64,000 bases of DNA from Octopus vulgaris (Eukaryota): contig OX597817.1 of assembly GCA_951406725.2 (NCBI GenBank), positions 43,214,001 to 43,278,000 on the forward strand, given 5' to 3'. Both the position numbers and the translations under genes were made by a program. Of this stretch, positions 28,264 to 41,160 are shown piece after piece. The first letter of the stretch is position 1; each line of letters starts with the position of its first letter. The notes under the pieces were generated by a model, which was given only the letters and a program-made list of their open reading frames with translations, was not told where the DNA came from and ran no database searches.

Positions 28264-31232
28264 GTTGTTGTTTGTTGTTTGTTGTTTTCCAGTTTCAGCT
28301 CTTGAGCTGTGGCCATGCTGGGGCACCGCCATTTGGTGTTGCTACATGATTTTACCTCACGAGAGCTTTTTAGCAACTGCCATTTGGTGCATGAGAGAGT
28401 TTGATGCATCTGCCCTCATCTGCACCTCCTGCCGTGAAGTTGGTTCATCCTGGACACCTGACAGGAAGAGATCCAGTCCTACTTTAAAGACACCCGCATC
28501 CACCCCATGCAGGTCCCTCAGGTTCTTCGGGAGGATATTGAAGAGCTGTGGGCCTCTGAAGCCCAGGCTATCGCAGTATCTTGTCCTACATCTTGATGGC
28601 AAATTTGGAGTCCTTGGCACCACGCAGTGGCGCCCAGTTCTGGCATTTGTGTAACTCTCGATGCCAAAGTTTGGGACAAGTCCTTCCAGATGTATATTAT
28701 GGCATATCTTTCTCGCCTACGCTCAAAGGAATAGAGTTTTGATCTCTTGAGTCTTTCCCATTATCTTATATGCTGCACAGAGGCTATCTTCTTCGTGTAG
28801 CTTCGTTGGATCGCCTCAAGTTCTGTGATCAACTTGACACTGGATGGTGACCATAGCTGAGAGCAATAGTCAAAGTGGCTTAGGACAAGTGTCTTCCAGA
28901 GGACCATCATGGTTTCTTGTTCTCTTGTTCTAAAGGTTCTAAGAATCCATCCGGCCAGCCGTCTACATTTCATTGCCAATTTAGCAACATGTACATGAAA
29001 AGTTGCGTCATCGCTCATGTAAATACCCAGGTCACGCACTGATTGAGCCTCTGGGATTGCGATCCCTCCGGGTCCAGTGTATTCATTGGGTATTGCATTC
29101 AGTTTTGCATGCTGATAGCATAAAGCTTGAAACTTTTCAGCATTGAACTGCATGCTATTCTTTTCAGCCCACTTGTATATTTTGTCCAGCTCACATTGCA
29201 GGTGCTTAGTGTCTTCAGGGTTCTGTATTGCCTGTGAAACTTTTGTATCATCTGCATAACTTGTGATCGTGGCTCTCTGCGTGGCTGAGGGCATGTCTGA
29301 GAGGGCCATTATGAACAGTAGTGGTCCCAAAACAGTGCCCTGCGGAACACCGCTCACTATTTGCGTGTTAATGGAAGTGGACCCATTGGCTACTACTACC
29401 TGACTTCTATCCTTCAGAAAGTCATGAAGCCATTCTCCCAATTTTCCAACTATGCCAAGATCACGCAGTTTCTGACATATCATTCCATGATCGACTTTAT
29501 CAAAAGCCTTTGCAAAGTCGAGATATATCACTTCCACATTTGAGTGGTTGAGCAGTCGTTTCAGCACCCAGTCATAGTGTTGTAGGAGCTGAGTTAAGCA
29601 GCTTCTTCCTGGTCGGAAACCATGTTGGGTGTCAGGCAGCAAGTCATTTTCTTCAAGGAAGGTGATTAGTTTCCTTCTGACTATTCGTTCCATGACCTTG
29701 CTGATGTGTGAGGTCAGAGAGATAGGTCTGTAGTTCTTGGCCTCCGCTCTGCTACCTCCTTTATGAATAGGGCATATTTTACCTTCCTTCAGTTTTCTTG
29801 GAAGTTTGCCAGTTGCGAGGAAGCTCTGAAAGAGAAACTGCAGTGGTCTTGCTAGGACTCTCTTACATACTTTTAGAAGGATTGCCGGGAATCCATCGGG
29901 GCCAGTAGCTGAGTTTGTTTTCATCTCATCTATAGCCTTTATTACATCGTCTTCCTTTATATTGATGTAATCAATCATCGCCGCCTCTGACCCCATATCT
30001 GCAGTGGTGAAGAAGTCAGTTGGATTGCTGATTTGGAAATGCCCAAGGGGTGGGGTGAAAACACTCTTGAATTGCTCATTTAGTATTTCACTTACCCTCA
30101 TTGGATTTCCTGTGAGTGTGCCATCCCTTTCAAGGAGTGGCCCTATCCTACAGTGCACCGTAGCTGTTTCTTTGGCATACCTGTAGAAAGCTCTGGGGTT
30201 AGATTTTATGTTGTCTATAGCCCAGGCTTCTTTGTCTGCTCTTTCCGTTTCATGGGAGAGTTGCAGACATTTTTTAATTTCCAACAGTTTCATTTTCAGG
30301 CGGGACTTTTCAGTTTTCAATTTGTTTGTTTAGGCGATTTGAGATTTTTGTACGCCGTCTCATTAGAATTTTCCTCTCTCTGGGGATTTTGTTCTTGTGT
30401 ACAGTGGCCTTTCTCTCTGGGACACATTTGTAGCATATGGCTTGCATTACAGACATGAATTGTTGAAGTTTCATGTCGATGTCTGGCGAGGAGAGACATA
30501 GACATTCGGGCCAGTTTTGTTTGAGGATCTCTTTCTCAATTTGTTTCCAGTTTGCCTTATGGAAGTTCAAGCTGGAAAGATTCTCAGAGTTTCTTGTAGG
30601 CTGCATGTCCATGCTTTCCTTTGGCCCGTACATGGTCAGCTCTACCATGTTGTGATCCGAGAGTAGTGTCGGTATCGCTTTCACATTATGGATGAGATCC
30701 ATATTATTTGTGAAGCAGAGATCCAGTGTGTTACCTGCCCTGGTTGGTTGGAGTATTACTTGCTCCATGTACAGGGTGTTGATGAGGTTCAGGAGGGACC
30801 TCGCCTGTCCTTGTTCACATCGTGTCATTCCTGGGAGAGAAAGGCCCTCGGGCCATCTGACATTGGGTAGATTGAAGTCTCCCATGAGAAGTACACTTAT
30901 GTGTTGTTCTAGTGTGACTAGAACGTCTTCTATTTTTATAAGGCAGTCTTCAAACTTGCCTATATGGCTTGGGGCATCTGGAGGGCGATATGTAGCACAC
31001 ACAACTACACCAAGTTGCCTTACATGTACAATTAGTGTGTCACATACCGAGTTTGAGTATGACAAAAGGACCTGGGGTGTGAGGTCCTCACGGATGTACA
31101 TAGCAACTCCTCCATGACTCCTTTCTTTTCTGTCGGTCCGTTGTACAACATACTGTGGTATGTGTAATTCCGCATCCGCTATGTCCGGTTTCAGGTGTGT
31201 CTCCGTAAGTGCTATGCATAAGGCTTGATTGC
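28264..31232 (-). mobile_element. CR1/L2-group LINE ORF2 (APE endonuclease + reverse transcriptase), 5'-truncated, frameshifted
   Basis: GDFNLP, TLDLCF, SDH (APE); [41 protein letters not shown] (RT); frameshifts near 30315 and 28700-28760; flanked by (TA)n. Confidence 0.92.
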
Positions 31233-31233
31233 A

Positions 31234-31378
<145 letters not shown>

Positions 31379-31385
31379 GTATATA

Positions 31386-31574
<189 letters not shown>

Positions 31575-31721
31575 TATATATATATGTATATATATGTATA
31601 TATGTATATATATATGTATATATATATATATGTATATATATGTATATATATGTATGTATATATATATGTATATATAATGTATATATATATACATATACAA
31701 ATATATGTATATATATATATA

Positions 31722-31793
<72 letters not shown>

Positions 31794-31932
31794 TATATGT
31801 GTATATATATATATGTATATATATATGTGTATATATATATATGTATATGTATATATATGTATATATATATATGTATATATATATGTATATATATATATAT
31901 GTATATATATATGTATGTATATATATATATGC

Positions 31933-31989
<57 letters not shown>

Positions 31990-33090
31990 GAGCACTCCGT
32001 CGGTTGCGACGGCGAGGGTCCCAGCTGATATGATCAACGGAACAGCTTGCTCGTAAAATTAACGTGCAAGTGGCTGAGCGCTCCACAAACACGTGTACCC
32101 TTAACGTAGTTCTCGAGGAGATTCAGCGTGACACAAAGTGTGACAAGGCTGGCCTTTTGAAAAACAGGTACTACTCATTTTTGTCAGCTGAGTGGACTGG
32201 AGCAACGTGAAATAAAGTGTCTTGCTCAAGGACACAATGCGCCGCCGGGAATTGAACTCACGACTTTACGATCATGAGCCAAATGCCCCTAACCACTAAG
32301 CCACCCGCCTTCACACACACACACACACACACACACACATGATGAGAGTATGTATGGATAAATTATCCAGGCCTGTAGCGTACGAGCACTCAGTTATGAT
32401 CAGGATTATCTATGCAAAACCCTGATCATAACTGTCGATCATATTTGAACCAAATATGTTGAATAATTGACTGTAAAAAAAAAATGCAGATGTACTAATC
32501 TTCGTGTTCATTGTAATTGTTTTTGCTCCTCTAACTTAGTAGTTCGACACAAATAACCGATAGAATAAGAATCAGACTTTAAAGTAAGTACTGGGGTCGA
32601 TCTATTCGACTAAACCCCTGCAAGTCAGTGCCCCAGCATGGCCGCAGTTTAGCGACAGAAGCAAATAAAATATGAAAGATAAAAGATATCGATGTTTATG
32701 GAATTTAGTTCTGCCACTCTTTAGTCCAATACCACAGAGTCATATGTTATCGCTGGTTGGTGGAACAGATGTTCTGGCAGCTGGCATAAGCTTTTAGTAT
32801 TTTTTACTTTGTAAGGCGGCGAGATGCAACGGACTCGCGGTATCGATTCCCAGATCAGGTGTTGTGTGTGTTTATTGAGCGAAAACACTTAAAAGCTCCA
32901 CGAGGCGTCGTCAGGGGTGGTGGCGACCCCTGTTGTACTCTTTCGCCACAACTTTCTCTCACTCTCTCTTCCTGTTTCTTTAGTAACGCTGCGATGGACT
33001 GGCGTCCCGTCCAGTTTGGTGGCAAACCTACGCCACAGAAACCGGGAAGCCGGCCATGAGCTTGGCCAGGGTTGAAAAGGGCGAAAAAAA

Positions 33091-33658
33091 GGCGACGAGC
33101 TGGCAGAATCGTTAGCACGCCGGGCGAAATGCGTAGCCGTATTTCGTCTGCCGTTACGTTGTGAGTTCAAATTCCGCCGAGGTCGACTTTGCCTTTCATC
33201 CTTTCGGGGTCGATAAATTAAGTACCAGTTACGCACTGGGGTCGATGTAATCGACTTAATACCTATGTCTGTCCTTGTTTGTCCCCTCTGTGTTTAGCCC
33301 CTTGTGGGTAATAAAGAAATAGGTATTTCGTCTGTCGCTACATTCTGTGTTCAAATTCCGCCGAAGTCGACTTTGCCTTTCGTCCTTTCGGGGTCGATTA
33401 AATCAGTACCAGTTACGCACTGGGGTCGATATAATCGATTTAATCCGTTTGTCTGTCCTTGTTTGTCCCCTTGTGGGCAGTAAAGAAATAGGTATTTCGT
33501 CTGCCGCTACGTTCTGAGTTCAAATTCCGCCGAGGTCGACTTTGCCTTTCATCCTTTCAGGGTCAATTAAATAAGTACCAGTTATGCACTGGGGTCGATA
33601 TAATTGACTGGCCCCCTCCTCCAAAATTTCGGGCCTTGTACCTAGAGGAGAAAAGAAT
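33091..33658 (+). mobile_element. SINE with three tandem body units (Meta/MESC-like central domain; family name tentative)
   Basis: GGCGxCGAGCTGGCAGAA head; unit GTTCAAATTCCGCCGAGGTCGACTTTGCCTTTCATCCTTTCGGGGTCGATAAATTAAGTACCAG repeated three times with minor variation. Confidence 0.75.
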
Positions 33659-34337
33659 ATTTTTTACTTTGTTTAAATATTCATTTTTCATTCCTGTTCA
33701 CAGTTATATGTGAAACCATTTTTATAAATAAACACGGAAGCGTCGAGTGAGTTGGAATTTTAGAAATCAAAGAAATCTCGAACGCAAGAAGAGAATAGCT
33801 GTGAAAACAGCTTAGAGGATGGGCTGAAAAACCATTACCTGTTTTCACAGCTATTCTCCTCCTGCGTTCGAGGTTCACTCCATTTCTAAAATACCAGCTC
33901 ACTCGACGCTTCAACGTTTGTTTATAAAAGTGTTCTCACATTCCAAACGCTATTACTTAGCGGAGTAAATGACGAGATCTGTTGTCAGGGGGTGTTTAGC
34001 TCAATGATACAGAGCGCTCGACCGGAATTTGAGAGGTACAGAGTTCGATTCTCTGTAGCAGTTTGCTTGTCACTACAAGGCTATTTTACCCGATCCTCTA
34101 ATCTGTTTTCACAGATATTCTCCTGCATTTGAAATTTCCTTTATTTCTAAAATACAGTTGTATGTGTCACTGCACCAACTCTAATTCTCAAATGTACACG
34201 GTATTTTATTTCGAGGGAGTAGCATGGTGTTTGAGTTACAGCTCGCTTGTTATGCTTTATGATTATACGACTTTCTCTCTCTCTTAGAGTCGATTTTATA
34301 AAAAAACGAAACTAATTGTATTTCTTATCATTTATAG

Positions 34338-34447
34338 ATTTAACTGTGTTTGTCTGTCGACTGTCAATGATGGAACACTGGAACAAAAGCTTGACTGACC
34401 AATCATCTGAATTCTTCAAATCTACTACGAAGCGTTTCATACGGTCG
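34338..34447 (+). CDS. Host gene exon: SEA domain N-terminal part
   Basis: tttatag| ... |gtgagt; 110 nt, phase 1-0; LTVFVCRLSMMEHWNKSLTDQSSEFFKSTTKRFIRS fits the SEA pattern W/F-xxx-L-x-D-xx-S-xx-F. Confidence 0.85.
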
Positions 34448-34975
34448 GTGAGTAGCGTAGTATTTCATTCTCTTAATCCACACTCTTTCGACATCTTAAA
34501 TGTGTAAACTTTATCGGCTGGCATCTTATTGCACCCTAAAATTTGACACCTTTTATGCGTAAACTGTTTATATGTGTATGTATATATATAAAGTTTCTTT
34601 ATTTAATTCTATGTTATGGGTGTGTGGTTAAGAAGTTCAATTTTCAACCATGTGGTTTTAGGTTCAGTCCCACTACGTAGCCCCCTGGGCAAGTGTCTTC
34701 TATTAGAGTCCCAAACCGACCAATGCCTTGTGAGTGAATTGGTTGACGGAGACTGTGTGGAAGCCCATCGTGTATTCGCCATGATAGATCGCTAGCCACT
34801 ACACATTCTTTATTTTCTGTCTTTATTTTCTCTCCTTGTTTCTTTCTGTGTTCCTTTCTGTGAAAGAGCGTAGGCTCGAAACGTTAAAGACTTTTTAACT
34901 TCCCGAGCGTTAAACTATTACATCTGTTTGTTGTCTACACCATCTATCTTCGTCATTTGTTTTTTAGTGAATTCT

Positions 34976-35035
<60 letters not shown>

Positions 35036-35271
35036 CGGAGATGTACTTGCATAGCAAGTGATCTGGTCTGAGATGGTGTGCTGGAACGAAAACAATTGCA
35101 GCGTGGAAGGTGTTTATAAGCCATTTAAGAAACACACAAAAACCGTAAGATTCACTTCAACGTTTAAATTTAATTTGCCAAAATATTTTTTCGTCGCTTT
35201 GAGACCGCGACTTGTTCACTGACAAAATTCCGTGCTGCATCTGAAACGTTAGCGCGAAACAGTGATAAGGA

Positions 35272-35790
35272 ATGAGAAAAATTTAGGCTAGTTGAAATAT
35301 GTGTAACGTATTTTCAACTGCTAAAGTGCAAATACACTGCAGTTACTAGGGAGAAAAAAATTTCTCTTATGGTAAAAAGATGTGAAAACACTCGGTTCGT
35401 TTAGTGTCGCCATCTATTAGGAATCTCAGACATCGATGATTCGAGTTATTTTGACTCTTGTCAATGAGATGTACCTAAAAGAGGCAACTCTGAACGAATT
35501 TAGAGAGGTCGTTGCTTTATAGTTCAGTCGATACGTTGGCTGATTTGCGTTAGTAGATCGCCCGATCGAGGTAAACAACGAAGCGTTAGCACGAAGCAGA
35601 GTTCAGGTGTGACCAGAATTTAGGCTATTTGAAATATGTTTGTCTTATATTTCCACTGCTAAAAGGCAAACACTGCAGTTACCGTAAAGAAAAAAGTCTC
35701 TCTTATGGTAAAAAAAATATGAAAACACCCGGTCCGTTCAGCAATTGAAATATGTAATAGATATATTTCAACTAGCCTAAATTTTGCTCA
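35272..35790. repeat. MITE-like element with TIRs and an internal direct duplication of about 125 bp
   Basis: ATGAGAAAAATTTAGGCTAGTTGAAATAT / ATATTTCAACTAGCCTAAATTTTGCTCAT; 35280-35404 repeats at 35617-35742. Confidence 0.6.
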
Positions 35791-36284
35791 TATGTGTGTG
35801 TGTATGTGTTTTCGCTTTTATCCCTCCCACTGTTAGTCAACCGGTGTTGGTTTGTTTACGTCCCCGTAACTTAGTGGTTCGGGAAAGAGACACATATAAT
35901 AGATATTAGATTTAAAAAATTAAGTACTGGGGTTGATTTGTTCGACTAAACCCTTAACGGCGTGCTCCAGCATAACCGCAGTTCAATGACTGAAACGAGT
36001 AAATAAAATAAAAGATATATTATTTAATCAAGAATATTATCGAAGACGGATTTGGATAAGATTATTGTCTTTTTTACTCTATCTGGCATTAAATGCCATT
36101 TTTAACGCAACATTCTTTCTTTTCATAACTTTGCTTTTATTTCCTGTCAATTTTTCTAATCCTTTTCTGAATATCAAGGTCTCACGAGGCAAGCGCTAAT
36201 CTCTAGTTTCAGTGCTGTTAAGCGGATGCCCATCAACGAATCTATCTATTTATAGCTAGGACAATGGTGTAACGCCGGAAGATT

Positions 36285-36598
36285 TTTATTTACATTATTT
36301 ACATTCGACGGATATTTGTCCTCATCGTGTTTGTTGTTAACAAACACGGCATATGGCGTAGTGGTTAAGAGCGCAGGGTATTAACCCCAAGAATCCGAGT
36401 TCGATTTCAAGCAGTGACCTGAACAACAATAATAATAATGATAATAATAATAATAACAACAACAGCATCGAAAAATACCTTAGGAATGAGAATCCAGGTT
36501 CGAAATTTCCCCATGACACTTGAAGAAGGCTGGAAGGTATATCAACCGAAACAACAAACAAGATGAGGACAAATATCCGTCGAATGTAAATAATGTAT
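36285..36598 (+). mobile_element. tRNA-headed short element with (AAT)n linker and hammerhead-like tail, preceded by an inverted copy of its own 3' end
   Basis: A box TGGCGTAGTGG, B box GAGTTCGATT; tail GACAC-TTGAAGA-AGGCTG...CAACC-GAAAC; 36285-36342 is the reverse complement of the tail region. Confidence 0.65.
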
Positions 36599-37288
36599 TT
36601 TTTGATACATGATTTTTATCTGAGGCTGCAAAGGATGTCATGAATGATTGTGAGACGTTTTTCTTGCACTCTACCATTTGTGCCACTTACTACACTTAAA
36701 TAATAATGATGATGGTGATGATGATAATGATGATGATGTTGATGATGATCCTTTCTACAATAGGTACAAGGCATGAAAATTTGGTGGGGAGGGGCTAGTT
36801 AATTTTATCGACTTCAGTGTACAACTGGTATTTTTTTTTGTCAACCCCAAAAGGATGAAAGGGAAAGTTGACCTTGGCGAAATTTGAACTTAGAACATAA
36901 AGACAGACGAAATGCTGCTAAGAATTTTGCCCAGGGTTCAAGCGATTCTGCCAGTTCGCCGCTTTAACAACAACAACAACAGCAACAGCTACAGCAGCAG
37001 CAGCAACAACAATAAGCCTTTTTACTAAAGGCACAAGGCCTGGAATTTTGTGGGGGCGGGGACAGTCAACTACATCGACCTCGACGGAACGACTAATTCT
37101 CTCGGAGTCGGTAAAATAAACATCAGTCGAATACTGAGGCCGATGTAATCAACTTCCCCCTCCCCTCAAAAAGAAAAAAAACTCTGGCCCAATGCGAAAA
37201 TTCGAAACCATTACAACGACAATAACAACAACAATAATATCTAGAATTGGAAACAAACAAAGCTAATTTTATACGGAATGTTCTCCAT

Positions 37289-37685
37289 AAGAGTGGCTGT
37301 GTGGTAAGTAGCTTGCTTACCAACCACATGGTTCCGGGTTCAGTCCCACTGCGTGGCACCTTGGACAAGTGTCTTCTACTATAGCTACGGGCCGACCAAA
37401 GCCTTGTAAGTAGATTTGGTAGACGGAAACTGAAAGAAGCCTGTCGTATATATGTATATATGTATGTGTGTGCATATGTTTGTGTGTCTGTGTTTGTCCC
37501 CCACCAACATCGCTTGACAACCGATGCTGGTGTGTTTACGTCCCCATAATTTAGCGGTTCGGCAAAGAGACCGATAGAATAAGTACTAGGCTTACAAAGA
37601 ATAAGTCCTGGGGTCGATTTGCTCGACTAAAGGCGGTGCTCCAGCATGGCTACAGTCACATGGCTGAAACAAGTAAAAGAGTAAG
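37289..37685 (+). mobile_element. tRNA-derived SINE with internal (TA/TG)n and CR1-LINE-like 3' tail
   Basis: GAGTGGCTGTGTGGTAAG...GGTTCAGTCCC head; tail GGCGGTGCTCCAGCATGGC...GAAAC; many copies in the window. Confidence 0.8.
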
Positions 37686-38333
37686 ACCTATTTTTGTATT
37701 TATTGTGCAAAATTCACACACACACAACAACAACAACAACAACAACGAAACAACGACAACATAAATCTCAAATATTTACTGTGTAGCACTACGAAAAAAA
37801 TCAATAAGACGCGATTTCTTTTTTTACGAAAACAAGCTGAAATTGCAATGCAAATAACATTTCAACCGAATTCCCATGTTACCTACTCGAGTTTAATTTG
37901 TTTAAAACCCTTTCGACATTACAAGAGCCAGCGCGATTTGTGAAGTTGGACAAGATGGCTTCTCTTTCTGAATGTACTCATTCAAAAACACAAAGACCTG
38001 GCTAGGTTTGTAACTCGAGTGTGGACCTAATAAAGATAACATGTTGATACAAACTGACAGCTACTTGTGGTTGGAATTAAATTCAACTGCTTTTATAGTT
38101 TTTATTTTATATATATATATATATATATGGAAAAAAGTCAAGATAGAAAATGGTAAAATAATTTTATAAAAACATTTCAGTACCGCTTAAGTCATTGAGA
38201 CTTTTTCGACTGTAAGTATGGTAACAATTAAATTTTGGAAAATTAAAAAAAAAATTTTTTAAGAATATTTGCAGTGTTCAAATACAAGTGCATTTTCTTT
38301 GTTTCTGCCTGTCTGTCTTTCTTGTTTACCTGT

Positions 38334-38387
<54 letters not shown>

Positions 38388-39799
38388 AATATATATATAA
38401 ATGTGTATGTGTGTGTGTGTGTGTGTGTGTGCGAGCATATGTCTGCGTATTTGTGAATATCTTCCACCACCGCTTGACAAACGCTGTCAAGTTGTTAAAG
38501 TTCCCGTTACTTAGCGGTTCGGCATAAGATCCCCATAGAATACGTTTCAGGCTTTAGAAAAAAAAGTACACGAGTCGATTCTTTCGACTAAAACTCTTCA
38601 ATAACTGGAGCACGTAGAAGATAAGGGATAAAAGATACATTCTTTCAACAAAATATTTCTTTAAAAGAAAACCAAAAACAGTGCACAGTTGGAACTTTAC
38701 TTTCAGTTGTTTTTGACGGTGGAACTCGAAGTAGATAAAGCTATAAATAATAGCTTGTAAATATTGTGTTAAAAACCACCTTGGATGGAAAAACTGGAAG
38801 GTTAGAAGATATAGGTTCAAGCCCCAAAGATAGCCTTCGAGCCTTCGACCTTTTCCATCCAAGGAGCTTTTAAAACCCAATATTAATATACTTTTATCTA
38901 CAGCTTTATCGATAGCACACCGGACAATATGCTTAGCGGCATTTCGTCCGTCTTTACGTTCTGAGATGAAATTCTACCGAGGTCGACTTTGCTTGTCATC
39001 CTTTCAGGGTCGATAAAATAAGTACCAGTTGAATACTGGGGTTGATGTAATCGACTTGCCCTCTGCCCCGATCTTACTGCCCTTGTGCCAAAGTTTGGAA
39101 CCATTATTTATAGCTTTATCGAGTTCCATCGTTATTGAAAGACAAAACAAAACAAAAAAAAATTAACAAAAACCAGAAAATAAAACAAAATAAAACAAAA
39201 AAGAGTGATTTATCACCGGAATTTTCTAAACGCTTGTAAATAATTTTATTTTTATTTATTTAATCAGTTATCTGCTTTTTTTTTTATTAATGAGGCCATT
39301 CAGATCATTTGGCAGCTGTTAAAAGAGACTTTCAATCTCACATTTTAAGATTTATTCTATTTTCAAATGGCATCTACAAGTATTTCAAGCTGCGATGTTC
39401 AAACATATTATTATTGACTAAACAAAACAGAATTAAAACTGAGAAGCAGTAAATTTGTCTCTCAGACAATAATTTTTTTTTATAAGCGAACATAATCGAA
39501 ACTGTCATAAAATGGAAATTAATTCTCAGTTTCTGCTATCTCTCAAACTTTCAAATTATTTTTCATGTTTGGATTGATTTAATAATGGGAATCAAATGTT
39601 TATGTTTTGTAATTGGAATAAGAAACTCTAGGTCGCGTGTTATTTGTGTAACTTGGAAGCAGAGTTCCATTGTACTGTTACAACCAGAATTTTGAACAAC
39701 TTATCAAAAGTAAATACAATTACAAATAGCATCATTTTTTTTTTTTTTTTGCATCAGCTCTACATATTTTTTTTTCCTTGAATGGCGTTCATATTTGTA

Positions 39800-40025
39800 T
39801 TGGGCTGTCCGGAAAGTTCGTGCCAATTTTATAGTAGCTTACCTTTCGACTTACCCTCCCAGGCACATCAATTCTGGGAAGAGGGCATTTTCAAGTTAAG
39901 GGAAAGATGGAGACGCATTGTGCAACAAAATGGTTCATATTTGGTTGATTAAAAATGTAATGGCAAGTATTTATTGACCCTTTTCTTTCCTTTAAAAATC
40001 GGCACGAACTTTTTGGACAACCCAA
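39800..40025 (+). mobile_element. Internally deleted mariner element
   Basis: TIRs TTGGGCTGTCCGGAAAGTTCGTGCC / GGCACGAACTTTTTGGACAACCCAA, TA TSD, retains transposase C-terminus FWEEGIFKLRERWRRIVQQNGSY. Confidence 0.8.
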
Positions 40026-40707
40026 TATTTTTCCATTTAACAGAATTTGTACTTAGTATTGATAGTATGTGCAATTTTACTAGAAATAGTAATCACATTT
40101 ACAGCGGAAGAAATTGTTGCTGACTATACGTAGATCTAAAATATTAGCAAGAAAAAAAAAAAGAAAAGAAAAAGGTTTTAACGGCGCCGTTTTGACTGCC
40201 GATATTTTAATCCATCCGTATCCCATGTCTTATTTAGCAAGAGACTAGGAGGAGGTATGGCTTTCTTTGAGCCTGATTTTTTATTCTGGCAGGTAAGTTA
40301 GGACCTATTTTTCTCGCATTTCACTCTCTTGTCTCGTTATAGTCTCGTGAGGATTTATATATATATGTGCATTTACCGTATTAACTGGCAGCATAAAAGA
40401 TGCCCTTAAAAAAATGTTTCCCCCCAAATCACCTCGGATTCTATATGCGAAGTTGAGCCTATATTATATGCTTTAAAGCACTAAAACCATTTTACTTGAA
40501 TATGCACCGCTGAAGTCAGGGTGCGTCTTTAATGCCATCAAATATAGTGAGGCATTTTCTTCCATACAATGACCTTTTATCAATTGGTTCGTATGTAGTC
40601 CGATAGATATAGTCTAAAACAAAAGTCAGGATAGTTATATCTGGAACGTCTTTGATCATAGGTCAACTCAATTAACATTGGCTTGCGACTTAATAATGGA
40701 AAGATAG

Positions 40708-41160
40708 GGATCGTTTCGGTTTGAACGGCAGTTTTTTAAAATAATTTCCACGTAACTAAACACTTTTAAACTTCGTATACTGGTAGAATGTGTTTATAAA
40801 ACATCTTTTTCTCTTGGCTTTATTGAGAAAATTCATAGTTTGTAAGATATTTGTTTTTTTTCTTCAATTTCTGCAATTTCAACCAGTCAATGACGTCTAT
40901 TGAGGTAAAAAACATTCTGTGCCGTATGAATATGTCCCTCGTTTAAGAAACAGATTGGGTTTATTTACATTTGTGAAGAAAAAAAGATACCTTCTCCTAA
41001 CCCTAACCCTAACTAACCCTAACTAACCCTAACTAACCCTAACTAACCCTAACTCTAAAACAGATTGAAATGCAATAGATCGATACTAGGGTCATAATTA
41101 TGGGTGACAATTTCATATGACACCGCTAGAAAAAAACTGCTGTTCAAACCGAAAAGATCC
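40708..41160. mobile_element. MITE with about 30-bp TIRs, 8-bp TSD and internal telomere-like repeats
   Basis: GGATCGTTTCGGTTTGAACGGCAGTTTTTT / AAAAAACTGCTGTTCAAACCGAAAAGATCC; AAAGATAG at 40700-40707 and 41161-41168; CCCTAA and (AACTAACCCT)4 at 40996-41055. Confidence 0.85.

Noticed and set aside
33091-33658. Regularly spaced repeats superficially like a CRISPR array
   Set aside because: Tandem SINE units with repeated, not unique, intervening sequence; eukaryotic context, no cas genes
40230-40292. Strong CAG|gtaagt donor that could supply a phase 0 exon before the MDEVY exon
   Set aside because: Upstream peptide does not fit SEA; exon 34338-34447 completes the domain in the right phase
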